A stretch of DNA of 63,952 nt, counting the filler, from Lama guanicoe (Eukaryota): assembly GCA_013239625.1 (NCBI GenBank). It is 169 parts of 169 records of this genome, joined end to end, with 100 filler letters (N's around TTAATTAATTAA, not from the genome) between each part and the next. Parts side by side here need not be neighbours in the genome. Positions count along the whole stretch, not along the records: positions 52,654 to 52,932 come from PNXV01052538.1; positions 53,033 to 53,312 come from PNXV01052539.1; positions 53,413 to 53,692 come from PNXV01052540.1; positions 53,793 to 54,072 come from PNXV01052541.1; positions 54,173 to 54,452 come from PNXV01052542.1; positions 54,553 to 54,832 come from PNXV01052543.1; positions 54,933 to 55,212 come from PNXV01052544.1; positions 55,313 to 55,592 come from PNXV01052545.1; 161 more parts are not named here. One strand, 5' to 3'. Of this stretch, positions 52,654 to 63,952 are shown in pieces. Both the position numbers and the translations under genes were made by a program. Each line of letters starts with the position of its first letter. Within the stretch, counting starts at the first letter, position 1. The notes below the pieces were generated by a model. That model saw only the letters and a list, made by a program, of their open reading frames with translations, was not told where the DNA came from and searched no databases.

Positions 52654-52686
52654 GTGTGTGTGTGTGTGTGTGTGCGTGTGTGTGTG
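52654..52686. repeat. (GT)n microsatellite
   Basis: Direct reading. Confidence 0.9.
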
Positions 52687-52705
52687 AAGAAGTGAGTTAC
52701 ATTAT

Positions 52706-52913
52706 TATCCACGTAAAGGAAACACAACTACTTCATCATGAAATTTTCTCGTCCAGATTGAAAAGTATTGTATTTCACTTGTAAAAATTCTATCTATAAT
52801 TTAGTGAAATATCCACATAAAGGAAACACAACTACTTTATCATGCAATTTTCTCTTCCAGATTGAAAAGTACTCTATTTCACTTATAAAAATTCTGTTTA
52901 TAATTTATGAAAA
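52706..52913. repeat. Two-copy 104-bp tandem duplication
   Basis: tatccacRtaaaggaaacacaactact... starts at 52706 and again at 52810, collinear through ...tataattta. Confidence 0.9.
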
Positions 52914-54677
52914 ATACTAATGTATAATTGTGNNNNNNNNNNNNNNNNNNNNNNNNNNNNNNNNNNNNNNNNNNNNTTAATTAATTAANNNNNNNNNNNN
53001 NNNNNNNNNNNNNNNNNNNNNNNNNNNNNNNNTGCAGGTGACAGGCCCACAGGGACAGCAGGAGAGGAAGGGTACAGCCAGAAATAGAGAACACAGGCTT
53101 CTTTTTTAGAGCTATGGGTCATGATGAAGAAGTGAGGAATAAGTATATTTATCATTATGAATGAAATTGTGCTCTCACATTTTTCATTAGATACGTGTAA
53201 GAAAAAAATTTAACGTCGTATCTGTTATTCAAACAATAGAAAGAGGTGCCATTTACTGTTTAGAGTGCATTTCAGGAATCAATGTCTAAATTCAGAAATG
53301 TTGGCAACATACNNNNNNNNNNNNNNNNNNNNNNNNNNNNNNNNNNNNNNNNNNNNTTAATTAATTAANNNNNNNNNNNNNNNNNNNNNNNNNNNNNNNN
53401 NNNNNNNNNNNNTTTACTAATGTTTTGTTAAGGATTTTCGCCTGTATACTAATGGATCTTATTGGTTTGTTGTTTTCTTGTAGATTTTGGTATCATTATT
53501 AATATAAAATAAGTTGGGAAGTGTTCCCTTCGCGTCTGTCTTTTCAAAGAGTTTGTGTAGAGTTGAAATTAATTCCTTTTAAAACACTTGGTAGACGTCT
53601 CCAGTGAAACTGTCTGAGCTTGGGGATTTTGGGGGTGCGGGGGGTTTATAAACAAATTCAGTATCTTTAAATGACCTCTTTCATGATGGATGNNNNNNNN
53701 NNNNNNNNNNNNNNNNNNNNNNNNNNNNNNNNNNNNTTAATTAATTAANNNNNNNNNNNNNNNNNNNNNNNNNNNNNNNNNNNNNNNNNNNNACAAACAG
53801 CGAAAGAAGCAATAAGGTAATTGACACAAAACCTAAGAAGACTTGCTGGTATATCTCATCTTTTTTGCCCAGCACTATCTTTTAGGAACTCCTCTATCCA
53901 TAAGACAAATATTCGACAATAATTTTGCAACCAAATGTTGAATTCCTCAAGCAGGTTTAACAGTAATGATTTTAGCCATACATGTAGTCCAGTTACTTAG
54001 GTGCACTACCCAAAGTCAAAAGCTGTAATTACATATACAAAAAAATAGTGATTTAAAAGTTGGTTGGGACATNNNNNNNNNNNNNNNNNNNNNNNNNNNN
54101 NNNNNNNNNNNNNNNNTTAATTAATTAANNNNNNNNNNNNNNNNNNNNNNNNNNNNNNNNNNNNNNNNNNNNTTTATCTCAAACATACACTGGAATTAAG
54201 TCCCAGATTGCCCAGCTGTTACGTACAGACAGGTCTGTAGTCCCCACATGAGATTCTTGGTGCCAGATATGTTTCAAAATCCAGACTTTTTGTTCGTATT
54301 TTACAAAGACAATTAAGCGAACGCACTGAAGTGTACATAATGTAACACCCCTGAGGTGTTTTGGGACCAACATCCTGGCCTTCAAACATTAATATTTCTG
54401 CAGTGAAACGTGAATATTTACACAAAGTGGGACAAATTGTGATGACAAATAGNNNNNNNNNNNNNNNNNNNNNNNNNNNNNNNNNNNNNNNNNNNNTTAA
54501 TTAATTAANNNNNNNNNNNNNNNNNNNNNNNNNNNNNNNNNNNNNNNNNNNNTTTTTTAAAATCAAGGCTAAAATTAATGAGCAGGAAAGAGGCTGGGTC
54601 ATCCAAGGCCACAAAAGGAAACCCACTGTGTTCTATGTCTGTTGAAAATCGGTTTCAACTTTTCCTCTCTCTGTCCC

Positions 54678-54832
54678 TGTAACTGGGCAGGACCCTATGG
54701 GGCCATCCCAGGACAAAGCCGCCTATTTCCTCTGCTGGCTTCTTGTCTAGAAAAAAAAAATAGCTAAGAATAAATTTAATCAAAGAAGTTTAAAAATGCC
54801 GAAACAAAGGATAATAGTTAAGCAAAACAAAA
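54678..54832 (+). mobile_element. ERV LTR 5' end
   Basis: Begins TGtaactgggcaggaccctatgg, resembling cetartiodactyl ERV1 LTR starts. Confidence 0.5.
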
Positions 54833-56072
54833 NNNNNNNNNNNNNNNNNNNNNNNNNNNNNNNNNNNNNNNNNNNNTTAATTAATTAANNNNNNNNNNNN
54901 NNNNNNNNNNNNNNNNNNNNNNNNNNNNNNNNAGAGCCGGTTGCAAGTAAACGCAGTTTGCAGTGAAAAACTGTTTTGGTAGTAGTGCATCCCCATAGAT
55001 ACGTATGTAGCGTAGTTTCCCTACCGCAGAAACTGTGGGTTCCCAATTAGCAAGTTGAAGGACGGCTCCCAAACTCATACATATCTGAAAATTAAGCATG
55101 TGGTATGGAGTTCTTTCATACAGCATAAAAGGTTGAGTGACATATAGAAACACTAACTCTGACTTCTCAGCATGATTCTGAAAGCCAGTTTCAAGTAAAA
55201 GCTCTTTGGAATNNNNNNNNNNNNNNNNNNNNNNNNNNNNNNNNNNNNNNNNNNNNTTAATTAATTAANNNNNNNNNNNNNNNNNNNNNNNNNNNNNNNN
55301 NNNNNNNNNNNNAAACTGTCAAAATCAACTCTTTCTAGAGCTCTGTAAGTTAGCCAGAGGCTGGAAGACAATCCAAAGAACATTTATTCAAGAAAAACAG
55401 CTGAATCTCAGTAAGAACAGAAAGCTTTGTGGCATTTTACTTGCCCTTTCCTCATCATCCTTCCCTGGCCCCCATGGGAGCCCTGAAAACCCATATTCCC
55501 ACAGTCACACTGAGAGCCAGCCACACTGCATGCGCTAGTGGGGACAGAATGAGTTTGGAGCTGCCTAAAAGCAATATTTCTAAAGAATTATCNNNNNNNN
55601 NNNNNNNNNNNNNNNNNNNNNNNNNNNNNNNNNNNNTTAATTAATTAANNNNNNNNNNNNNNNNNNNNNNNNNNNNNNNNNNNNNNNNNNNNAATAAATG
55701 TAGGACGTATTCCAACATGCAGAATTAACGTGTCAAAAAATGTAATTTAAAATTTTGTGGAAGATGGATGTTTCCTTTGTTAAAAGAACAACGTGGTCTT
55801 TCAATTTTCATGTTGAATTTCTCTAGTTTTGTCATTATTCTTCAAACTATGTTAGTAGTTTTTTGTCGTATGTTTTTTAAAATATGGACTCAAATTTATT
55901 CACATTTTGCATCATAGCTTTCAAAAAATTGCAATTTGCCTAGTGGGATCTTCCTAAAACCAAGATGATCAGNNNNNNNNNNNNNNNNNNNNNNNNNNNN
56001 NNNNNNNNNNNNNNNNTTAATTAATTAANNNNNNNNNNNNNNNNNNNNNNNNNNNNNNNNNNNNNNNNNNNN

Positions 56073-56352
56073 GGGAAAAGATGTACATTCCATCTCTCAC
56101 AAGAGACTGGCTACCCCCACAACTCAGCCACTGAGAAACCATCACCACCCTGAACTCTCCCTTTTCTCCAATGGGTTTTCACCCAAAACAACTGCTTCCA
56201 ATTTCCTCCTTTTTCTCTATAAAATAACATTCCTCTCCTTTGTTTGTTGGACTTGCCTGTGATTTTTTTACCTTGGCTTGCTTGTCCAGAATTGCAATTC
56301 TTGGCCATGACCAAATAAACACATTTTTTGCTAGTAAAATGACTGACTTTTT
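56073..56352 (+). mobile_element. ERV1-class LTR 3' half
   Basis: TATA-like ctataaaata, then gcttgtccagaattgcaattct...aAATAAAc...ttttgctagtaaaatgactg. Confidence 0.6.
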
Positions 56353-56864
56353 NNNNNNNNNNNNNNNNNNNNNNNNNNNNNNNNNNNNNNNNNNNNTTAA
56401 TTAATTAANNNNNNNNNNNNNNNNNNNNNNNNNNNNNNNNNNNNNNNNNNNNGTTGGAGTCTCACTACCGCAAACTAATGACACGGCCGTCAGTGGTGGA
56501 CTTCAGATGTAACAGACACAGAGTCAGCTATTTATTGCCAAAAAGAGTTAATAGTAAAGGCTGGTGCAGGGAGACCTGCACGGCTGCTAAGGCAAACCAC
56601 AGACTCGGCTCTGAATGCCCACTGGCTGAATCAGAGAGGAAGCTATGGTCCCCTTTAGCGGTCCCTGTGTCCACCAGATTCAAGTGAGCCAGCTACTTAG
56701 GAGAAGGCCACGTTGTCCTGATACTCAGAAAANNNNNNNNNNNNNNNNNNNNNNNNNNNNNNNNNNNNNNNNNNNNTTAATTAATTAANNNNNNNNNNNN
56801 NNNNNNNNNNNNNNNNNNNNNNNNNNNNNNNNCATTTTAAGCTCGGAGAAGTGAAGATGTTGAA

Positions 56865-57112
56865 TTTTATTTTTAATTTTTTAAAATTTTTTAATAATTT
56901 TTTTTATTGAGGTATAGTCAGTTTACCATGTGCCAATTTCTGGTGCACAGCACAGTGCCCCAGCCATACATGAACATACATATATTTGTTTTCATACTCT
57001 TTTCCACCGTGAGCTACTACAAGATATCAAATTTAGGTCCCTGTGCTATGGGGCGGGAGGGGGCAAACTGGGAGCTCGAGATTTGCAGATACTGACCAGT
57101 ATATACAAAATA
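56865..57112 (-). mobile_element. 5'-truncated LINE-1 with internal inversion (junction 57049/57050)
   Basis: Antisense L1 tail from poly-T to ccctgtgctat, then the sense-oriented upstream 3'UTR piece ggggcgggagggggcaaactgggagctcgagatttgcagatactg; order confirmed against the L1 3'UTR at 21730-21845. Confidence 0.8.
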
Positions 57113-57212
57113 NNNNNNNNNNNNNNNNNNNNNNNNNNNNNNNNNNNNNNNNNNNNTTAATTAATTAANNNNNNNNNNNNNNNNNNNNNNNNNNNNNNNN
57201 NNNNNNNNNNNN

Positions 57213-57492
57213 GGAGAGGGCACAGAAGCACCACATCCCTTCCCACATATCTTGTCCTATCCTGCATGTCTTCTATGTGGCTGTTCTGAGTCATATCCTT
57301 TATAATAAATTAGTAATAGTGAGTAAGGTGACTTTCTGAGTTCTGTGAGCCATTCCAGCAAATTACTGAATCTTAGAAGGGGATTGTGGTAACCCCTGCT
57401 ATATAAACAGTGGGTCAGAATTATAGGAGGCTCAGATTTGAGTTTAGCATCTGAAGTGGGGACAGTCTTGTGAGACTGAGCCCCTACCCCTT
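57213..57492 (+). mobile_element. MER21-family LTR fragment
   Basis: ggagagggcacagaagc...atcctttataataaa...ctgagttctgtgagccattccagcaaattactgaa...gcatctgaagtggggacagtcttgtgagactgagccc. Confidence 0.8.
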
Positions 57493-57727
57493 NNNNNNNN
57501 NNNNNNNNNNNNNNNNNNNNNNNNNNNNNNNNNNNNTTAATTAATTAANNNNNNNNNNNNNNNNNNNNNNNNNNNNNNNNNNNNNNNNNNNNATTCAATA
57601 CTTAAATGAAACCACGGGGTGATAAACTCATAAAAATGGATTCCATGAAGTCAGAGCAAATGTTTAAGGCCGACTAGAAATTCAGCTGTAAGATTCTTGG
57701 CAGCTAAAGTGAAAAGAAAAAGATGAT

Positions 57728-57852
57728 GGGGCGGGTGTTAGAGCGGGTGCTTAGTGTGCAAGGGGTGCTGGATTTAATCCCCAGGGCCTCCACTAACAGA
57801 TAAATACATCTAATTAACTCCCTGCCAAAACAGCCCCAAAGAAAAGAAAAAG
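57728..57852 (+). mobile_element. vic-1-like SINE with A-rich tail
   Basis: gggcgggtgttagagcgggtgcttagtgtgcaaggggtgctggatttaatccccagggcctccactaa...taaatacatctaattaactccc...aaagaaaag. Confidence 0.75.
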
Positions 57853-58611
57853 AGAAATTTCTTTCCCAAAAANNNNNNNNNNNNNNNNNNNNNNNNNNNN
57901 NNNNNNNNNNNNNNNNTTAATTAATTAANNNNNNNNNNNNNNNNNNNNNNNNNNNNNNNNNNNNNNNNNNNNAAAATGTTTGAAAACAGTGTATAATCAA
58001 TAATAGAAGAGCAAGTTGAAGTAATCGAGTTGAGATGTCTTTTAAAAACCTTAATAAAAAGGAGAAAAAATAAAAAAACAATATTTGATACCTGTGAATA
58101 ATCAATAACAGGAGATCAAAACCAAGAGAATTAAAAGTGAAATGAGGTAGATTTTTAAAAATAATAATAATAAAAAGATTTTAAAAGAATAATTTAAAAG
58201 GGGTTAAAACTGTAAACATATACAACTGTTTAAAAAGTAAAGATTAAAAAGGNNNNNNNNNNNNNNNNNNNNNNNNNNNNNNNNNNNNNNNNNNNNTTAA
58301 TTAATTAANNNNNNNNNNNNNNNNNNNNNNNNNNNNNNNNNNNNNNNNNNNNTCAATATATGAATATGGAGGGGGCACAAACATTCAGTCTACAGCAAGC
58401 ACCTACTATAAATAGGCACTGGGACTAGAATAAGGCACTAAACAGTCTTTGTTTTCATCAAGCTTACAGTTCAGTGAGAGGCACACATGACTCTAAATAT
58501 GGAACTATTGCCTATGATAATAACTGCCATTCAATAAAGCAGTTTCTTTAAATTAGAGGTAAAAGTCTAACATGGCAATAGTCTTCCTTGGTTGTATAGT
58601 TGCTACACTAG

Positions 58612-58632
58612 ACACACACACACACACACACA
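58612..58632. repeat. (AC)n microsatellite at contig end
   Basis: Direct reading. Confidence 0.9.
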
Positions 58633-60252
58633 NNNNNNNNNNNNNNNNNNNNNNNNNNNNNNNNNNNNNNNNNNNNTTAATTAATTAANNNNNNNNNNNN
58701 NNNNNNNNNNNNNNNNNNNNNNNNNNNNNNNNTGGAAGCCTTCCAGTTCTTTCTCAGAGTTGAGTGAATCCAGCCTCTCGCTGACGTACAGTTGTCATTC
58801 ACGCTGCCAGGCGCTGTTTTGACTCTGGTCTTCAAGATTCGGGAAGTGCAGCTCCAAAAATGGTATCCACTTTGGAAGCAGCGTCCTGTGTTCTTGGAGC
58901 AGCAGATGACTGATGACAACACACAATTAAATATAAACAGTTGGCCCAAGAACTCAGCTTGGCGGGTTGGTGAAGTTTCAGGTCTGACTTGTTAAACTTG
59001 GCCTCCTCCAGANNNNNNNNNNNNNNNNNNNNNNNNNNNNNNNNNNNNNNNNNNNNTTAATTAATTAANNNNNNNNNNNNNNNNNNNNNNNNNNNNNNNN
59101 NNNNNNNNNNNNCCCAGATTCTGGAGCAAATAAAAATGGCTTAAGACTTTGTGAAGCAGAGCTGCTCACCCATTTTTGTTGAAGGTGGAAATGCACAGGG
59201 GGCTGACTGTAGTCCTGAGGAAATAAGCTCAGTGCCAAGGTTTGCCTTTTTCTTCTCAGAAGCAAAGGCCCTTGTGGGAGGGTTAAAGTAGGTCTGCTCT
59301 GTGCTCTCAGAGTGCTGGAGGGTCCACGACACAGGGGTTAGTCTGGATTCGATGGGCAAGTATGGAAGTAAAACAGGACAGAGCTGAAATTTNNNNNNNN
59401 NNNNNNNNNNNNNNNNNNNNNNNNNNNNNNNNNNNNTTAATTAATTAANNNNNNNNNNNNNNNNNNNNNNNNNNNNNNNNNNNNNNNNNNNNCTACCGAA
59501 GTAGCACCATACTCTTATATACTATTATTACGGCATTAATAATGCGCTGTATGGATGTAGTTACTACCCTGACTATGCTCGAAGCTCCTATTAAGTAGAA
59601 TAAGGAACAAGAGCTTTCATAAATATCATTATCACTCATGATAGGTCTCCTGCGCCTACTAAATCGGTCTCCATAACCTTTGTTAAATTAAACTAATGGC
59701 CACTTTACAGACTGGATTAGCAATTTTTTTTTATAAACCATGTCCAGTGTAATGCCATGTATACTCTGAAAANNNNNNNNNNNNNNNNNNNNNNNNNNNN
59801 NNNNNNNNNNNNNNNNTTAATTAATTAANNNNNNNNNNNNNNNNNNNNNNNNNNNNNNNNNNNNNNNNNNNNGTCATCCCACCCCACGCCCCATACACTC
59901 ACATCATTTCTTTGGCTGGAAGTTCAATGTGGTAGTTAAAGAAGTAGACAGAGCGGCACAGGAACTGTGTCCAATTTAAGAGTATTAGAGAGAAGCCTGT
60001 ATAACTACACAAACTTATTTCAAACTCATAAAACTGTACAAACTTATAGAATAAACAAGCAGGACTTAAATTGCTGGCCCAGGAAGTACAACCATCCAAA
60101 ACTTTGACTTGTAAAGATACATGCACCCAAGTGCACATAGCAGAACTGTTTANNNNNNNNNNNNNNNNNNNNNNNNNNNNNNNNNNNNNNNNNNNNTTAA
60201 TTAATTAANNNNNNNNNNNNNNNNNNNNNNNNNNNNNNNNNNNNNNNNNNNN

Positions 60253-60532
60253 CCCATAAATTTATTTTCTCACAATTCTGTAGATATCAAGGTGGGTTTT
60301 TCTGTGTGTTTGTTTTTCTTTCTTTTTTTTCCCCCTGGGGCCTCTCTCCTTGGCTTGTAGCTGGCTGTCATCTCCTTATGTCTTCACATGGTCTCCTCTC
60401 TGCATGTGTCTGTGCCCAAATTTCCTTTTCTTATAAAGACACTAATCATATCAGATTAGGGCCACCCTAATGGCCTCACTACTTCTTTAAAGACCCTATC
60501 TCCATATATAGTCATATTCTGAGGCATTGGGG
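60253..60532 (-). mobile_element. MLT1A/B (MaLR) LTR fragment
   Basis: ggcctctctccttggcttgtag...gtcttcacatggtc...cttataaagacactaatcatatcagattagggccaccctaatggcctca...aagaccctatctcca...gtcatattctgagg. Confidence 0.85.
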
Positions 60533-61392
60533 NNNNNNNNNNNNNNNNNNNNNNNNNNNNNNNNNNNNNNNNNNNNTTAATTAATTAANNNNNNNNNNNN
60601 NNNNNNNNNNNNNNNNNNNNNNNNNNNNNNNNTGGTGGAGAACACTGTTAAGCAAAGAATACTCTAAGCAAGCTTGAACTGTCCGTTCAAAGAAAAATGG
60701 TACCTGGATCGGAGGCTTCATAGGGCATAGTGCAAGAAATAAGTTTGGCAGTGTAGGCTGGGGCAGGCACCATGTGCTGAGCACTGTGTTAGGTGCTGTC
60801 CTCTCCAAATTGAGGACAGTGCCTGCCACAAAAAGCAGTATTCAAAGTATGTGGAATAGATGGATGAATTAATGAAGGAGCCAAGTCAGTTAGAAAATTT
60901 GAGGAGACTAAANNNNNNNNNNNNNNNNNNNNNNNNNNNNNNNNNNNNNNNNNNNNTTAATTAATTAANNNNNNNNNNNNNNNNNNNNNNNNNNNNNNNN
61001 NNNNNNNNNNNNGACAAAGCAATCAGGAGACAAGCTTCCCGGGTCAGGCAGTGATGGATGAGAAAGATCTACGGGCCAGGCTGGGAGCTGCTCCCAGGAA
61101 CAGCAGTGTGTCATCCCTTTACACGCCCAAGGTGCTTGCTGCTCCTTCCCTCATTGTCTAAAATAGTGCAAGAAACTGCCTTAACCGGCACTTCCTCGAA
61201 CTGACAAACGTAATCCGGGATTAATGGTTTCCTCCTTATCTACAAAGAAAATTTACCAAAAAAAATCAGGAAGGCTTGCCATGCAAGTCATGNNNNNNNN
61301 NNNNNNNNNNNNNNNNNNNNNNNNNNNNNNNNNNNNTTAATTAATTAANNNNNNNNNNNNNNNNNNNNNNNNNNNNNNNNNNNNNNNNNNNN

Positions 61393-61520
61393 AGGATGCT
61401 CCAGGCTCATCTTGTACATCCCTTGCTCCACCCTCGAATCCGCCATTTCCCCAAGGAGCCCTGGTTCCTTTTACTGGAGCATGGTCTTAGATACCAAGGT
61501 TGGGCACTGGGTGTACCATA
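61393..61520 (-). mobile_element. Old L1 (L1MC/L1MD-like) 3' UTR fragment
   Basis: gatgctccaggctcatcttgtacat...ccatttccccaaggagccctggttccttttactggag. Confidence 0.65.
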
Positions 61521-63292
61521 GGTGAACATTATGGCCAGACTTCCCGGTGCAGAGCCAGCGTGGCATCCCTGGCGCGCCCTGCTTTGTTGTGGTGGGTTGC
61601 TGTTTTAATACACTGCAGGACCAAAATGGAGAGGCAGGATTCTTTAGTAGTTAGGGCACGGTCTTTAGCGACNNNNNNNNNNNNNNNNNNNNNNNNNNNN
61701 NNNNNNNNNNNNNNNNTTAATTAATTAANNNNNNNNNNNNNNNNNNNNNNNNNNNNNNNNNNNNNNNNNNNNATTTACTATGCAGGGGCTTTGATTTAAT
61801 GGTTTAGAGGATGTGACGACATCTGCTGTTGACCTGCTATCACCTCTGGGAGACAGAACTTAGGATAACAGCCTTGTGTCCATGACTGACATCCATTTCT
61901 TTCCCTCTACCTGTGACAGTAATTTTCACTAAGACGTCTTCCTCTTTAAGTCCTAACAGGAAACAAGAATCTTCAAATAACTTATTTTTCAGATATTAAC
62001 TTCTGAAGCAGGCAGAGAATGGCTGGTACAAAGATTTAGGTCTTGCCTCAGANNNNNNNNNNNNNNNNNNNNNNNNNNNNNNNNNNNNNNNNNNNNTTAA
62101 TTAATTAANNNNNNNNNNNNNNNNNNNNNNNNNNNNNNNNNNNNNNNNNNNNTCTTCTCCCCATCTACAATTCCAGATCTCTACAAGTTTTTATGAAAAA
62201 CGACTCCATTCCTTGTTTGTTTTTAAAAAAATCCTTAGAGTAACAATAACTTGGCTAAAGTATGTATTAGACATAAAAAATTTTAAAAAGATATGTATAA
62301 AGTTGTTAGGCACTCCTCCCAGTAGGGAATCTTATAAATGTTTTATAATTTATAAATGGTTTTGTTGTGACAGAAAATAAGTCTAAAGGATAGCTGGTCA
62401 AAGAGAAGTCGGTTTTTATCTGAAAACAAAAANNNNNNNNNNNNNNNNNNNNNNNNNNNNNNNNNNNNNNNNNNNNTTAATTAATTAANNNNNNNNNNNN
62501 NNNNNNNNNNNNNNNNNNNNNNNNNNNNNNNNTTTGTATTTCAAGTAAAAAGGGTCAGATTTCCTGATGACATTGCTTTTAGACCCTTGCGTTCCTGCGC
62601 TGGAGTTTCCTTCTGTCTCCCTAAATCTTTTGAAACCATGCTTCTCAAAACATGTTCCTAAATTGATTGCTATCTTGAACCTACATTTTCTAAGAAACAA
62701 GGGGCATTTTTGAACTGGCTTCTTTCCACCTAAAATTCTAAACACAGGAAATTCCCACTGTTGTCTCCTAGGTAGATGTGACCCACAAAGTCAGTTGCAT
62801 AAGTAACATGGGNNNNNNNNNNNNNNNNNNNNNNNNNNNNNNNNNNNNNNNNNNNNTTAATTAATTAANNNNNNNNNNNNNNNNNNNNNNNNNNNNNNNN
62901 NNNNNNNNNNNNGGTCCTCGGCGCTACGAGGTTTCACGTCCAGAGGGTTCTGCTGACGCCCGGCTCGTTAGAGAGCTCACCCGGGCCTGGCTGTGCCCGC
63001 TCCTGCTGTCTGTCCCTTGTCACTCATGACTGCCTCAGGCAAGCAGGGCATTCCCCAGGGAGGTTTCCCCTGGGACCCTTTTCTTTGGCATCCTTTAAGC
63101 AGCTGTCACACTGTCCCAGTTGTTTTTCAGGAAGGAGGTCCCTGGGGTTTCATTGAGGCAGAGTGGAACTTGACCCTGCCACGTTGATGTGTNNNNNNNN
63201 NNNNNNNNNNNNNNNNNNNNNNNNNNNNNNNNNNNNTTAATTAATTAANNNNNNNNNNNNNNNNNNNNNNNNNNNNNNNNNNNNNNNNNNNN

Positions 63293-63572
63293 AACTTTAA
63301 GACAAAGAGACCTCCTTCAAGATACGTCATATGCAAATTGGAACGTCAATGTCAGAGTAAAATTTTAAAGACTCAAAATTAGTTATGTTACCCTACAAAG
63401 GAACCACCTTTAGGCTATCAGTAGGTATCTGAGCAGAAAACATCCGCCAAGGGTAATTAAAATGCCATTTTCAAACTACTGAAATAAGAAACCTCTCACC
63501 CAAGAATACTCAACCTTGCATATTTATCACTTAGATATAAAGTGAAAATAAAGACTTTACCAGACAAACAAA
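63293..63572 (+). mobile_element. LINE-1 ORF1 C-terminal fragment (degenerate)
   Basis: tacaaaggaaccacctttaggctatcag...ccaagaatactcaaccttgc...gaaaataaagactttaccagacaaacaaa. Confidence 0.75.
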
Positions 63573-63714
63573 NNNNNNNNNNNNNNNNNNNNNNNNNNNN
63601 NNNNNNNNNNNNNNNNTTAATTAATTAANNNNNNNNNNNNNNNNNNNNNNNNNNNNNNNNNNNNNNNNNNNNCCAACTGTCCACCCAGCTCCTCTGATCT
63701 TTCAGGTCTCACCT

Positions 63715-63952
63715 TGTGAGAAGCCGACTCATGCCCCCCAGAGATATCCACGTTGGAATCCCTGGGACCTGCGAATGTTACCTTGTATAACGGAAAGGAC
63801 TTCACAGAGGTGGTGAAGTTCAGGATCTTGAGATGGAGAGATTATCCTGCGTGATCTGAGTGGGCCCTAAATGTTATCACAAGTATCCTTATGAGAAGGA
63901 AGTAGAGAAAGATTTGCTACAGAAGACACAGTGCTGTGACAATAGAAGCAGA
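63715..63952 (+). mobile_element. MLT1C/D (MaLR) LTR 5' portion
   Basis: ccccagagatatccacg...aatccctgggacctgcgaatgttacctt...aggatcttgagatggagagattatcctg...gtgggccctaaatg...cacaagtatccttat. Confidence 0.85.

Noticed and set aside
59493..59772. Possible NUMT based on its composition
   Set aside because: I could not align it to any mitochondrial gene or tRNA by eye.

Overview
This is not a contiguous locus. It is an artificial concatenation of 169 unrelated short assembly contigs (277-280 bp each, roughly sorted by increasing length, about 47.2 kb of real sequence). They are joined by 168 identical 100-bp synthetic spacers (N44-TTAATTAATTAA-N44; the 12-mer is palindromic and puts a TAA stop in all six frames). 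The DNA is mammalian and most likely camelid (alpaca/llama/camel), based on several copies of a tRNA-Ala-like SINE resembling vic-1 plus cetartiodactyl-type L1 3' ends. Most contigs are fragments of L1, L2, MIR, MaLR/ERV LTRs or anonymous non-coding DNA. Eight contigs carry recognisable gene pieces: a CFAP46 internal exon, an ANKRD26/POTE-family exon with a broken splice donor, an open interferon-delta-like segment, cystatin C-like exon 1, an LRRC37-like pseudogene, RGS9 exon 1, METTL7B (TMT1B) exon 1 and an OR6-like olfactory receptor C-terminus. One adjacent contig pair is a de Bruijn bubble with exactly 49-bp shared ends. Neighbouring contigs have no genomic linkage, so no multi-gene system can be inferred, and I found no credible novel biological system. 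Gene and repeat names come from my recall of family sequences, not from database searches.
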